Positions 9,239 through 18,696 are shown, numbered from the stretch's first letter. The stretch: DNA of 64,000 nt from Parcubacteria group bacterium Greene0416_36 (GCA_007375725.1 VMEV01000003.1:50-64049); one strand, 5' to 3'. Program-made: numbers and translations. The notes: generated by a model not told the origin, from the sequence alone.

Positions 9239-9832
9239 ATGATGAACTCATCGTGTTATTCTTCTTCTGGTTCTTGCGATTGCAAGGGCGCTTGTTCTTG
9301 CGGCGGCGGAATGATGAAAAAGTGCTGCCACCCCGACATGCTTCTTCGTGTCGCGTTTGCCAGCGTATTTTTGTATCATGGTATTTTGAAGCTCACTATG
9401 CTTTCGGGAATGGCCGCCGGTTTGGGCATTCCGGTCTGGGGAGTCGCTGTAGTGGCGGGTCTTGAGATCATCGGATCCTTGCTTGTGCTCCTGGCTCCTT
9501 TCATGAAGCATTCCTGCATGGCCGCTTTGGGCGGACTCATGGTCGCTCCGGTCATGCTCGTCGCTATTTTCAAATATCATTGGGGGCAGTGGAATTTCCT
9601 TCCTTCCGCGACTCATCCTGCTGGGGGCATGGAATTCCAAGTGGTCCTCTTGCTCTTGGCTCTCTATTTTATCGCCAAGGGCAAACATTGCGGCGCCTGC
9701 CGAATGATGAAGGCCGGATCTTGCGGTTCAGAAGAGAAATCCGGTTCTTGCTGTGGCGAGGATCAGAGCAAGTGTTGTGGCGGCGCGGAGAAGCCTGCCA
9801 TGGGTGGAATGAACAATGGAATGAAGAAATAA
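9239..9832 (+). CDS. DoxX-family membrane protein with Cys-rich (metallothionein-like) N- and C-terminal tails
   Basis: Central region has DoxX-like TM pattern (VFLYHGILKL...); N-term SCDCKGACSCGGGMMKKCC and C-term CGAC..SCG..SCCG..KCCGG read from translation. Confidence 0.55.
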   Translation: MMNSSCYSSSGSCDCKGACSCGGGMMKKCCHPDMLLRVAFASVFLYHGILKLTMLSGMAAGLGIPVWGVAVVAGLEIIGSLLVLLAPFMKHSCMAALGGLMVAPVMLVAIFKYHWGQWNFLPSATHPAGGMEFQVVLLLLALYFIAKGKHCGACRMMKAGSCGSEEKSGSCCGEDQSKCCGGAEKPAMGGMNNGMKK

Positions 9833-9846
9833 TACGGTTTTTACAA

Positions 9847-9886
9847 AAAATTCGCCGAGGATCAAACACCTCGGCGAATTTTTTTT
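9847..9886 (+). terminator. Intrinsic terminator after the DoxX-like gene (AAATTCGCCGAGG-loop-CCTCGGCGAATTT + T8)
   Basis: 14-bp stem and T-run read directly. Confidence 0.65.
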
Positions 9887-10081
9887 GGGATTAAATTTAT
9901 TTTCTATTCTTCACCTCGAAGAATTCATAAAAAAAGCTTGAGGAAATAAAATCTTCAAGCTTTTTGATTATTTCTAGTTTTCTCGCCTAAAATCTAAATT
10001 TGACTAAAGTGTTTATTTGTGTTAATTTAATTTGTATTTTTTTGTGCATTGATAATTGTTTGTATTCGTAAGGAATAGATC

Positions 10082-12136
10082 ATGAAAACCATTATATTGA
10101 TTACTTTTTGTACTGGTTTACTGGCTGGTTGCAATTCTGCTGAAATTAAGAAAACTGAATATTCTTTTGAGGAGTTGCAGAAGAAAAATAGAACCGAAAA
10201 AGAGCTTGAAATAGCTCAAAAGGTTCAAACGAAAGACATTGAAATCAAAGAAGACGTCATTTTGGACGGCTATGTGGTCCGAGAAAATTTTTATCGCTAT
10301 GTGGCTGGGAAAAAAGAACGGGTCCGATTTGTGGATTACCAGGCGGATAGAATCGCTCATGTCATCCGTGAAGTGGATGGATCTTACAAAGAGGTCTGTC
10401 AGAACCGCAAAACTAATAAGATTATTGAGGTTTTGTTTTATAGACCCGACGGATTTTTGGTCAAAATAGAAGAGTATGGCGTTTCTGGAATCGTGACTCT
10501 GTATTTTTCATACTCGGAAGTCCAAGGAAATTACCCTTTTATCAATCCCATCAAAAGGACTTTGAAAAAGGAGCAAGTATTTCAAGAGGTTATTATCAGT
10601 AAACAAGATGCCTCTTTAAAATTACCTAAAATCTTTCTTCTTTTACGTGAAGTATCGGGAAATACTGAGGCTGTGGGGGATTTATCATCTAAAGATAATA
10701 ATGTCTTTGAATATATCCTGCTTTGCCGTGAGTCCGGAAAGGATACTGAAACCAAAACGGTAACATTGAAGTTCTATTTGCTTTTTGAGTATTTAGGCAA
10801 AAATGAGTCTCGGCTGATGGACTTGTACTACAAAGTTCCGGGCAATGACATTTCTGTCTGCTTGGGCTTTAATAAACAGACCGGTGCTGTCGAGGGATTT
10901 TCATCTGAAAAGGGCCGCATTACTCGGTCCATTTCATATTTTCCTCAGGAAAAATTTCCGAGAATCAATACTTTCTTTCCCAATACTCTGCATGCTCCCT
11001 CAACAATTAATATCCGCAATTTGGATGCCAAGGAGCTTCACTATGTGGATTTCAAGAAGGAAGGCGGATGGGAAAAGAAGGTTTCCCAGACCTTGGTGGA
11101 TAATCGGATTGAATGGAAAAATGAAGGTGCGGATGGATCTTCTATGATCCAAACGAGAGAGTCTTATCCCTTTTTTGAATTTATAGAGGAAAAACAATGG
11201 GATACTCAAAATAAGCTTATTGCGACAAAGGTAAGCGTGGTGGATACTGTAATCCCTAAGACCCTTCTTCATGTATTGTCAACTAACGGATGTTTTTTTT
11301 CGGTGGAAAAGGGTCAGAAGAAATCTGAATCCCTGATGTATCAAGAAAATGCCGTGGAGTCTGAGTATTTGGATGTAGGCATTCCTTTTGAGACTTATCA
11401 AAAGAAGATAGAAACTGGAGGTGAAAAATCTTTTTATGTTACCACGGTTCTGGCAGGCAGGCATCAAGAGATTAAGCAACAGAAATTGCAAAAAGGTGCC
11501 GTAAAATCGCAGGTTATTTACACAAGGTCCAGTGACGAAGCCAAATGGATTGAATGTTCCAAGGAGGATCCTGCCGCTTCAAAACTGAAGGAGTCTTTTA
11601 GTCAAGAGCTTTCAGTTTTCGTGAAAGAATCAATTTTAGATCATCCGAGAATTAAAAAAGAATTGGACGATATTCCTTTTTTTAAGCGAGGTATGGTCTA
11701 TTCTTATCTTGAATCGGGGATTAAGAATTTTATTACCCAAGATATCGTCGATGATTTGGCTGTCAATGATTTTGGAGCCGGGTGCGTATACTTGCATGCA
11801 ATTATTAAGGTCCTTGGTCATTTCACCTATTTGCAAAGCAATGATCTAGACCGGAAAAAGGTGATTGATGAGGCTATTTGGGTTCCTGTTTTGGGCTATT
11901 TGATTGATCCCGCTATTGCTGAAAATTGCATTCGGATCATTGATGAAGAAAAAGAAAATCTGCTCAAGGATGCTTTTTCTCGTGTGGATCGAATTACCCA
12001 TATTAGTGAGCATTTGTTTTCAAAAAAGGAATTGCAACAGATGAAGGAAGAGGTGTCACCCTTTATGATGAAGCAATATTTAAAAAAGAAAGCAGAAATA
12101 ATTGCAAATTATAATCAATTAAAACGATCGAAATAA
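10082..12136 (+). CDS. Hypothetical lipoprotein (684 aa)
   Basis: Signal peptide with lipobox LLAGC (MKTIILITFCTGLLAGC); no recognisable catalytic motifs. Confidence 0.6.
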   Translation: MKTIILITFCTGLLAGCNSAEIKKTEYSFEELQKKNRTEKELEIAQKVQTKDIEIKEDVILDGYVVRENFYRYVAGKKERVRFVDYQADRIAHVIREVDGSYKEVCQNRKTNKIIEVLFYRPDGFLVKIEEYGVSGIVTLYFSYSEVQGNYPFINPIKRTLKKEQVFQEVIISKQDASLKLPKIFLLLREVSGNTEAVGDLSSKDNNVFEYILLCRESGKDTETKTVTLKFYLLFEYLGKNESRLMDLYYKVPGNDISVCLGFNKQTGAVEGFSSEKGRITRSISYFPQEKFPRINTFFPNTLHAPSTINIRNLDAKELHYVDFKKEGGWEKKVSQTLVDNRIEWKNEGADGSSMIQTRESYPFFEFIEEKQWDTQNKLIATKVSVVDTVIPKTLLHVLSTNGCFFSVEKGQKKSESLMYQENAVESEYLDVGIPFETYQKKIETGGEKSFYVTTVLAGRHQEIKQQKLQKGAVKSQVIYTRSSDEAKWIECSKEDPAASKLKESFSQELSVFVKESILDHPRIKKELDDIPFFKRGMVYSYLESGIKNFITQDIVDDLAVNDFGAGCVYLHAIIKVLGHFTYLQSNDLDRKKVIDEAIWVPVLGYLIDPAIAENCIRIIDEEKENLLKDAFSRVDRITHISEHLFSKKELQQMKEEVSPFMMKQYLKKKAEIIANYNQLKRSK

Positions 12137-12150
12137 ATTCTGTCAATTCA

Positions 12151-12185
12151 ATCTCGAAAGGAATAACACTTTCGAGATTTTTTTA
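12151..12185 (+). terminator. Intrinsic terminator after lipoprotein gene (TCTCGAAAG-loop-CTTTCGAGA + T-run)
   Basis: Read directly, 15 nt after stop codon. Confidence 0.6.
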
Positions 12186-12280
12186 ATATATTTAAAAGTT
12201 GCCTCCGTAAGAAATGATGTCAAAAGGAAATAGAAATGACCTAGTTTGAAGGATTTAGAAATGTCCTAGTTAAGGATAAA

Positions 12281-12514
12281 TTGGATAAAAAAATAGAAAA
12301 ACCAGAGACTTTCTGGTCATATTTTGGCCATATTCAAGGCACCTGGAGCATTGGCCAATCGCGAGCCACGCTCAAACAATGCGACCGGTTCTTGTTTTTG
12401 GAGAATGGCACGGAAGAAGGGGGACGGCTTACGGCAGAAGCGAGATCCATGGAAGAGCTGAAAGGGATCTCTCCCGTATTTTCCGAGATGTGGGAATTGG
12501 ACAAACGAGTATAG
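12281..12514 (+). CDS. Small hypothetical protein (77 aa), TTG start
   Basis: ORF track; AAGGA Shine-Dalgarno ~7 nt upstream; two 22-nt direct repeats immediately upstream; no homology recognised. Confidence 0.3.
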   Translation: MDKKIEKPETFWSYFGHIQGTWSIGQSRATLKQCDRFLFLENGTEEGGRLTAEARSMEELKGISPVFSEMWELDKRV

Positions 12515-12591
12515 TTGTTAAAAAATAATTTTTTGTAAATAATAAAAATTTCGAAGGAAATAAAACCTTTGAGATTTTTTTGTTTGGAAAG

Positions 12592-12678
12592 TGGTGGGAA
12601 GGGTGGGGATCGAACCCACGAAGGCGTAAGCCAGCAGATTTACAGTCTGCCCCGTTTGACCGCTTCGGTACCTTCCCA
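12592..12678 (-). tRNA. tRNA-Tyr (anticodon GTA), type II with long variable arm, CCA encoded
   Basis: Manually folded: acceptor GGGAAGG/CCTTCCC, anticodon loop CUGUAAA, T-arm GGTTCGATCC. Confidence 0.8.
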
Positions 12679-12872
12679 TGAAATACGAAAAAATAGTAAC
12701 AAAAAGCCTTTTGAAAGACAAGTATGTATTTGTTTTTTGAAATAAGCGTCACCTTGTCTGGCGTGGATAAGTACGGTTGAAAATTCAGATAATTAGGGTA
12801 CGGTTGAATGCTTGCGTATCTGATTCGGGTCTTGAGTAATTTAACTCGAGAAAGGGGGTGAGACAGAGAACT

Positions 12873-12947
12873 ATGGATCAAAGTATTTTGGTTTTAATCT
12901 TGCTACTGCTTCTAGTAATTGCAATTAAAACTAAAAGAACCCTATAG
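12873..12947 (+). CDS. Candidate 24-aa hydrophobic micro-protein (MDQSILVLILLLLLVIAIKTKRTL)
   Basis: ATG preceded by GAAAGGGGG (spacing ~14 nt, slightly long); single predicted TM helix with basic C-terminus; speculative. Confidence 0.2.
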   Translation: MDQSILVLILLLLLVIAIKTKRTL

Positions 12948-13106
12948 CAACTAGGATTCTTTAGAACCAGAAAAATATAGAGCTTGCTGGACAAGTCCAA
13001 GCAAGTAGGCCCTGAAAAATTTTCAGATACTTTGTTTGGCAAGTTTCTATATAGAATTATAGGTGAAAGAATCCCCTCTGTCAACCAAGCCCTTTTTGTA
13101 GAAAAA

Positions 13107-13150
13107 TAAAATCACGATCCTTTCAATACAAAAAGGATCGTGATTTTTTT
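13107..13150. terminator. Bidirectional intrinsic terminator (AAAATCACGATCC-loop-GGATCGTGATTTT flanked by A/T runs), serves the minus-strand ZIP gene
   Basis: Read directly. Confidence 0.6.
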
Positions 13151-13152
13151 TG

Positions 13153-13190
13153 TTGTTAGTTCCCTTCCTTGTTAAGGGAAGGGTTGGTTG
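13153..13190. repeat. Degenerate single-arm copy of the palindromic repeat family (CCCTTCC-TTGTTAA-GGGAAGGGTTGGTTG)
   Basis: Read directly; abuts ZIP gene stop. Confidence 0.35.
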
Positions 13191-13191
13191 T

Positions 13192-13977
13192 TTATATCTC
13201 CATCCATAGTAGTCCATACATGAGGCCCATCCCAACAATTATCCCAATAAACTGCAGTATCGTTTTGCGGATTGAAGTCGTTTTGTGAAGTTCGGGGACG
13301 AGGTCGGAGCCGGCGATGTAGAGGAAGCCTCCGGCAGCGATGGGGAGAATCCAATTCTGGAGATTGGGGAGGAGGAAATAGGCCACCATGGCGCCTGCAA
13401 TGGCGAATAGGGCGGAGAGGAGATTGAAGAGAAGCGCCTTGGTCCGGTTGAATCCGGCTTCGATCAGGACTCCGAAATCTCCCAGCTCTTGCGGGATTTC
13501 ATGGAGGAGAATGGCAATCGTCGTGGCGACGCCGATTTCGGTGGACACGAGGAAGCTCGAGGCGATGAGCGCCCCGTCGATGAAATTGTGGAGCGCGTCG
13601 GAGATCAGATTCATGTAGCCGAAAGGCTCGACGCATTCCTTGTGCGCTTCGCAGGGAATGTGCTGGTGGCGCCAGTGAAGTACTTTTTCGAGAATGAAAA
13701 AAAGAAGCAGTCCTCCCAGAATTCCGAAAGACATATTCTCTACCGAGACTCCGGATTCAAAAAGTTCCGGAATGATATGAAAAAAGACATCTCCAAACAG
13801 CGCGCCGACCGCCAGAGAGACTAAAATAAATAATCGGCTTCGGAGTTTTTGTTCTTGTACAAAGAGGAGTAAAATTCCCACGAGTGAAACAAGGCTGACT
13901 CCTAGGACGGCTAAAAGCGTATAAAAGAGAGCAGAAGACATAGTTGGAGAAATAATGACATTCTTCAATATTTCCAC
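13192..13977 (-). CDS. ZIP-family divalent metal (zinc) transporter
   Basis: HEIPQELGDF and other ZIP TM signatures; probable GTG start at 13977 preceded by GGAGGGG (alternatively ATG at 13941); ORF-track 5' extension to 14058 is probably spurious. Confidence 0.75.
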   Translation of the reverse strand: MEILKNVIISPTMSSALFYTLLAVLGVSLVSLVGILLLFVQEQKLRSRLFILVSLAVGALFGDVFFHIIPELFESGVSVENMSFGILGGLLLFFILEKVLHWRHQHIPCEAHKECVEPFGYMNLISDALHNFIDGALIASSFLVSTEIGVATTIAILLHEIPQELGDFGVLIEAGFNRTKALLFNLLSALFAIAGAMVAYFLLPNLQNWILPIAAGGFLYIAGSDLVPELHKTTSIRKTILQFIGIIVGMGLMYGLLWMEI

Positions 13978-14310
13978 CCTACCAATTCCCCTCCGAATTT
14001 TCAATTTGGATTTGCCCTTAAATAGGCCTATTTGCCTGTGGATTGAAACGGATCTCAAAACATGCTAAGATGATGTCGAATAAGTCTAATAAGCTATTCT
14101 ATGGCTATTGAGGTGTAGGGGGGTGGTGTGATGCGATTTTGGGCGGACCTTTTTTAGGATTTTTCCTAATATGTCGCACTAAGTTTGTTACCAGATAACG
14201 GAAACACTACTGGTCAATAAACTCAGGGTGACATGTTCACCGAAATTTAATTATTACACAGATCTTCTGCCTTGGTATACAAGGCAGGCCCTGTGAAAGG
14301 GGGTGATATT

Positions 14311-14382
14311 ATGAGCGAGACAACCAAGAAGCACATGGAAGATAAGAAGCATAAATTATCTGGCGATCACAAGAAGAAATAG
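14311..14382 (+). CDS. Candidate 23-aa highly basic/His-containing peptide (MSETTKKHMEDKKHKLSGDHKKK)
   Basis: Near-ideal SD (AAAGGGGG) 7 nt upstream of ATG; preceded by a hairpin (CTGCCTTGGTATACAAGGCAGG); followed by imperfect hairpin 14391-14428. Confidence 0.4.
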   Translation: MSETTKKHMEDKKHKLSGDHKKK

Positions 14383-14672
14383 TTCTTCTCGAGCGAATCC
14401 CTCCGGTTTATCCCGGGGGGATTCGTCTTCTGTCGGATAAGTTGCAACTGAGTGGCATTTATTTTTTATAAACTTTTTAATTTTGAAATCATCGCGCTTA
14501 ATAGGACGTTGCGCGGGCCGGTCCTTAGAGGGCATTGGCCCGGCACTTGCTTGTTAGCTCGCATGATTTCGAACAAATCATATGAAATTGAACTGCGCCA
14601 AGTGTGGTAAGGATTCTTGCAAGGGTTACTAGTTATCCGGGTAGGATGTAGATTTACATCTCTACGAAAAAT

Positions 14673-14699
14673 CCTCGACCGAGTGTCGGGGTTTTTTTT
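14673..14699 (+). terminator. Strong intrinsic terminator (CCTCGAC-CGAGT-GTCGGGG + T8)
   Basis: Read directly; terminates an unannotated + strand transcript (candidate ncRNA or the small-peptide mRNA). Confidence 0.65.
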
Positions 14700-14713
14700 A
14701 TTTGGGAGATTTA

Positions 14714-14801
14714 CAACAAATCCCCCTCGGTCCCCCTTTGACAAGGGGGAGGTAACAAGCTCCCTCCCTTGTCAAAGGGAGGGTTGGGGAGGGATTTGTT
14801 G
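14714..14801. repeat. Composite palindromic repeat, copy B (inverted orientation)
   Basis: Read directly. Confidence 0.8.
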
Positions 14802-14960
14802 CCCTTAATTTGACAGATTTTTTTATACGGCTGGGGGTGTGGGAAACTAGACTGATTTTTAGTGGTGCTTGGCAAAATTATTTTTTAAAAAAATGAAATA
14901 TCCATGCTTTCGATTCTTTGCTGCCTTCTATTCGTGAAGAATATAATACTATTGGAGGAT

Positions 14961-14998
14961 CGAGGGTAGGAGCACAGCGCGCTGTGCCCCTACCCTCG
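14961..14998. repeat. GC-rich palindrome family copy 1 (CGAGGGTAGGAGCACAGCGCGCTGTGCCCCTACCCTCG)
   Basis: Read directly; 37 nt upstream of nrdA start. Confidence 0.6.
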
Positions 14999-15034
14999 CG
15001 CTTTTGAGGCGCGCATTCTTAACCATACAATCCT

Positions 15035-17560
15035 ATGGACATCTTTGTCACCAAGCGAGACGGGGGCCGGGAGCCCTTCAACGCCAATCGAATCAATCAG
15101 TCGATCGAGCGTGTATGCTTTGGTCTGGCTGATCCGGTAGGGAAGGTCGTGCAGGTGGGAACCGATACCCGATTCATGTTGTATGACGGGATTACCACCG
15201 AGGAGCTGGATCAGGCCACCATCAATGCCGCGCTTCAGAATGTCCCGCAAGATCCGGAATACGAAAAAATCGCCACTAGGCTTCTCCTCAAAACTCTTTA
15301 CAAGCGAATTTTGGGGGATTATGAGACTGGCGAGATTCTTCTAATAAAACATCGCGAAGGTTTCGGCCGCTATATTCGCTTCGGGGTCGAGGCCAAGATT
15401 CTGGATGCCCGGATGGTCGCATTATTTGACCTCAATAAATTGTCGGCGCTAATGGATATGTCCCGCGATGATATTCTCACCTACGCAGGTCTCTCGACTC
15501 TGGAAGACCGCTACATGATCAAGGACAAAAAACTCGATTCCCTGGAACTCCCGCAATATTTTTGGATGCGTGTGGCTATGGGGCTTTCGTATCACGAGAA
15601 AAATCCGGTCGAGGCGGCCATTCGTTTCTACGACCGCATGTCTCGCTTGGAATACGTGGCCGGCGGATCCACCAATATCGGCGCGGGGACGACTCGTCCG
15701 GCCTTGTCCAACTGTTTTCTGCTTGAGATCCACGATGATGTCGAGCATATCGCCAAGTCGGTGTCCGATATTTTGAAATTGTCCAAGGCCAGCGGAGGCA
15801 TCGGTGCTTCAATCACCAAGCTCCGAGCCAGCGGTTCGCCATTGTCTTCGAATAATACGACTTCGAGCGGTCCCACGCCTTTTGCCAAAATCATCGACAC
15901 GGCCATCCGAGCGATTCAGCGTGGGGGAAAGAAGACGGGCGCACTCTGCTTCTACATGGAGAATTGGCATATTGATTTTCCGGAATACCTGACATGGAAG
16001 CACAATGCGGGGGATGATTATATGAGAATGAGAACCGCTAATACGTCCGTGTTTTTGTCGGATGAGTTCATGAAGAGAGTCGAAAATCGGGAGGACTGGT
16101 ACATGTTTGATCCCAAGGACACACCGGATCTCAATGAACTCTACGGTGAGGAATTTTCCAATCGCTACGTTGAGTATGTGAAAATGGCCGAGGAAGGGAA
16201 ACTCCGCGTGTTCAAAAAAATGCCAGCCGAGGAGCAGTTTCGGCAGATACTCGTGTCTCTGGAAACGACTTCTCATCCATGGCTGACCTGGAAAGACACC
16301 ATCAATCTTCGTGCGCTCAACAACAATACCGGCACCATTCACATGTCCAATCTCTGCACCGAGATCTGTCTCCCACAAAATCGTGACTCTATCGCCGTGT
16401 GCAATTTGGCATCGCTCAATCTCGCCACTCATTTGAATCCCGATGGCCGCGACATGGATTGGAAGAAACTCGCCGAGACCGTGCATCTGGCCATTCGGCA
16501 CCTGGACAATCTCATTGATATCAATGAACTCCCGGTTCCCGAAGCCATTAAATCCGACCGTGAAAATCGCGCGGTGGGACTGGGCGTGATGGGGCTCGCC
16601 GATGTGGTGGAGAAACTCGGATTTGCCTATGACAGCGACGAGGCTTATGTCTTCACGGACCGCGTTTTTGAATGGATCAGTTTTCACGCCATCGAGGAGA
16701 GCGCGGCCTTGGCCCAATCCCGCGGATCGTACACCCATTTTCACGGATCCGGTTGGTCTCGGGGCATGGTTCCGGTGGACACCTTCGCGAATCTGGAGAA
16801 GCAGAGCCGCCGGGCGGTCAAGATAGATAAGGGCGGGACTCACGCGGCTCTCGACTGGAAGAGTCTGCGCGAGAAAGTCCGCGCGGGCATGAGGAACGCC
16901 ACGCTTTTGGCGGTCGCCCCCAATGCCAATATCGGTCTCGTGGCCGGCACGACTCCGGGCATTGATCCTCGTTTCGCCCAAATGTTTTCCCGCAGTAAAA
17001 TTTCCGGAAAATATCTGGAAATCAATACCAATTTGGTGACGGATCTCAAGAAAGCCGGAATCTGGGAACAGGTACGAGAGAAAATCGTCGAGACCCAGGG
17101 CGATATCGAAAAAATTCCTGAAATCTCGGCCGATATCAAGGCCCGCTATAAGAGCGCCTTCACGGTCTCTCCCTACGCCTTCATCGAAGTGGCCGCGCGC
17201 GCCCAAAAATGGGTGGATCAGGCCCTCTCGCGCAATATGTATCTCGAGACGCGGGACATCGAAGAGATCATGGATATCTACATGGAAGCCTGGCGCCGCG
17301 GACTCAAAACCACTTATTATCTTCACATGAAGCCCCGCCATACCGCCGAGCAGAGTACGATCAAGGTGAATAAGGGCAAGGAGATGGGGAAGACGGGATT
17401 TTCTTCGGTCAAGTGGGGCGCGCCCAGCGAAGCGGAGCGAAGTGAGGGCTCTTCTCCTGTTCCCGAACAGAATAAGCCCGAACCTGTTGCATCCGCCCCC
17501 GCCCCCAAAGTCTGCCCCGTGGATCCGCAACTTAGATTGCAGTGCGATAGTTGTCAGTAG
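15035..17560 (+). CDS. nrdA: Ribonucleoside-diphosphate reductase large (alpha) subunit, class I, with N-terminal ATP-cone
   Basis: ATP-cone (VTKRDGGREPF), NLCTEI active-site loop, C-terminal Cys pair (CDSCQ); followed by nrdB. Confidence 0.9.
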   Translation: MDIFVTKRDGGREPFNANRINQSIERVCFGLADPVGKVVQVGTDTRFMLYDGITTEELDQATINAALQNVPQDPEYEKIATRLLLKTLYKRILGDYETGEILLIKHREGFGRYIRFGVEAKILDARMVALFDLNKLSALMDMSRDDILTYAGLSTLEDRYMIKDKKLDSLELPQYFWMRVAMGLSYHEKNPVEAAIRFYDRMSRLEYVAGGSTNIGAGTTRPALSNCFLLEIHDDVEHIAKSVSDILKLSKASGGIGASITKLRASGSPLSSNNTTSSGPTPFAKIIDTAIRAIQRGGKKTGALCFYMENWHIDFPEYLTWKHNAGDDYMRMRTANTSVFLSDEFMKRVENREDWYMFDPKDTPDLNELYGEEFSNRYVEYVKMAEEGKLRVFKKMPAEEQFRQILVSLETTSHPWLTWKDTINLRALNNNTGTIHMSNLCTEICLPQNRDSIAVCNLASLNLATHLNPDGRDMDWKKLAETVHLAIRHLDNLIDINELPVPEAIKSDRENRAVGLGVMGLADVVEKLGFAYDSDEAYVFTDRVFEWISFHAIEESAALAQSRGSYTHFHGSGWSRGMVPVDTFANLEKQSRRAVKIDKGGTHAALDWKSLREKVRAGMRNATLLAVAPNANIGLVAGTTPGIDPRFAQMFSRSKISGKYLEINTNLVTDLKKAGIWEQVREKIVETQGDIEKIPEISADIKARYKSAFTVSPYAFIEVAARAQKWVDQALSRNMYLETRDIEEIMDIYMEAWRRGLKTTYYLHMKPRHTAEQSTIKVNKGKEMGKTGFSSVKWGAPSEAERSEGSSPVPEQNKPEPVASAPAPKVCPVDPQLRLQCDSCQ

Positions 17561-17583
17561 TAGTGCCATCCCTCCCATTTCAG

Positions 17584-17667
17584 CAACAAATCCCTCCCCA
17601 GCCCTCCCTTTGACAAGGGAGGGAGCAATTTCCCCCTTGTCAAAGGGGGATTGAGGGGGATTTGTTG
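17584..17667. repeat. Composite palindromic repeat, copy C
   Basis: Read directly; between nrdA and nrdB. Confidence 0.8.
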
Positions 17668-17700
17668 TTCATTCTTCATTCTTAATTCTTCATTGAATCT

Positions 17701-18687
17701 ATGCCTCTCATCGGAAAAGCCTCTCCGGAGGATCTAAACATTCACTCGTCCCAATATCAGTGGGCGAGGAAACTCTATGACCAGGCCATTGCCAATACCT
17801 GGTATCCGCATGAAATCACGCTGAAGGAAGATCTCGAAGACTGGAGCCGCATGACGGATGAGGAAAAGCATGCGGTATCTTTCATCATGTCATTTTTCAA
17901 TCCCGCCGAACTCATTGTCAACCGCGTTTTGGCCCTCGGCGTTTATCCGTACCTCAAGGCCCCCGAGTGCCATCTGTATTTGGCTAAACAGATGTGGGAA
18001 GAGGCCAATCATTGCGTGGCTTTTGAGTATGTCATGGAAACTTTTCCGCTCGATCAGGCCAAGCTCTACCATGCCCATATCGAGACTCCTTCGATGCAGG
18101 CCAAGGAGGAATTCGTGGGGCAGTATTTGAAACGTATGACCGAGGATCGCTACGATGTATCCTCGGTCGAGGGCCGGAAAGATTTCGTGCGCAATTTGGT
18201 GGCGTATAATATCGTGATGGAGGGGATTTGGTTTTACAGCGGATTCATGGTCATGCTCTCTTTCCGCCAGCGCAATCTGCTCCGCAATTTCGGATCCATG
18301 ATCAACTGGGTTCTACGAGATGAGAGCCTGCATCTCAAATTCGGTATTCACCTGATACTTTCGATTCTGGAAGAGAATCCGGATCTCCTCACTGCCGAGT
18401 TCGCCGATGAGATCCGCGGGATTATCACCCGAGGTGTGGACCTCGAGACCACGTTCAATTCGGATCTGTTCCCCAATGGAATCTTGGGCCTCAATGCGGA
18501 CTATGTGAATCAATATGTCCGCTATGTGGCCGACCGCCGCCTCGAGGAACTGGGTCTTGGCCCCTACTACAATGTGACCAATCCCGCCAAATGGATGAGC
18601 TCGGCCACGGATGTCTATGAACTCGTCAATTTTTTCGAGTCCCAGAATACGAATTACGAGGTGAATGCGAGGGCACATAAAAAATAA
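17701..18687 (+). CDS. nrdB: Ribonucleoside-diphosphate reductase small (beta) subunit
   Basis: Ferritin-like di-iron motifs (EANHCVAFEY, EGIWFYSGF). Confidence 0.9.
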   Translation: MPLIGKASPEDLNIHSSQYQWARKLYDQAIANTWYPHEITLKEDLEDWSRMTDEEKHAVSFIMSFFNPAELIVNRVLALGVYPYLKAPECHLYLAKQMWEEANHCVAFEYVMETFPLDQAKLYHAHIETPSMQAKEEFVGQYLKRMTEDRYDVSSVEGRKDFVRNLVAYNIVMEGIWFYSGFMVMLSFRQRNLLRNFGSMINWVLRDESLHLKFGIHLILSILEENPDLLTAEFADEIRGIITRGVDLETTFNSDLFPNGILGLNADYVNQYVRYVADRRLEELGLGPYYNVTNPAKWMSSATDVYELVNFFESQNTNYEVNARAHKK

Positions 18688-18696
18688 ATATCGGTA

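Noticed and set aside
9248-9688. 146-aa minus-strand ORF opposite the DoxX-like gene
   Set aside because: It is antisense to the membrane protein and has His/Arg/Ser-rich low-complexity translation.
13978-14058. 5' extension of the ZIP transporter ORF to 14058 (MRSVSIHRQIG...)
   Set aside because: The N-terminal 27-39 residues are basic, non-membrane and precede a good SD (GGAGGGG). The shorter start fits ZIP topology.
14100-15030. Cobalamin riboswitch or NrdR box upstream of nrdA
   Set aside because: No B12-box-like (GCCACTG-type) consensus and no NrdR-box-like AT-rich palindrome pair could be identified by eye. This is left as an open ncRNA candidate instead.
15809-17578. 589-aa minus-strand ORF antisense to nrdA
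   Set aside because: It overlaps the strongly supported nrdA gene throughout. Its GC-rich antisense frame is an artefact, with low-complexity R/G/P-rich translation.
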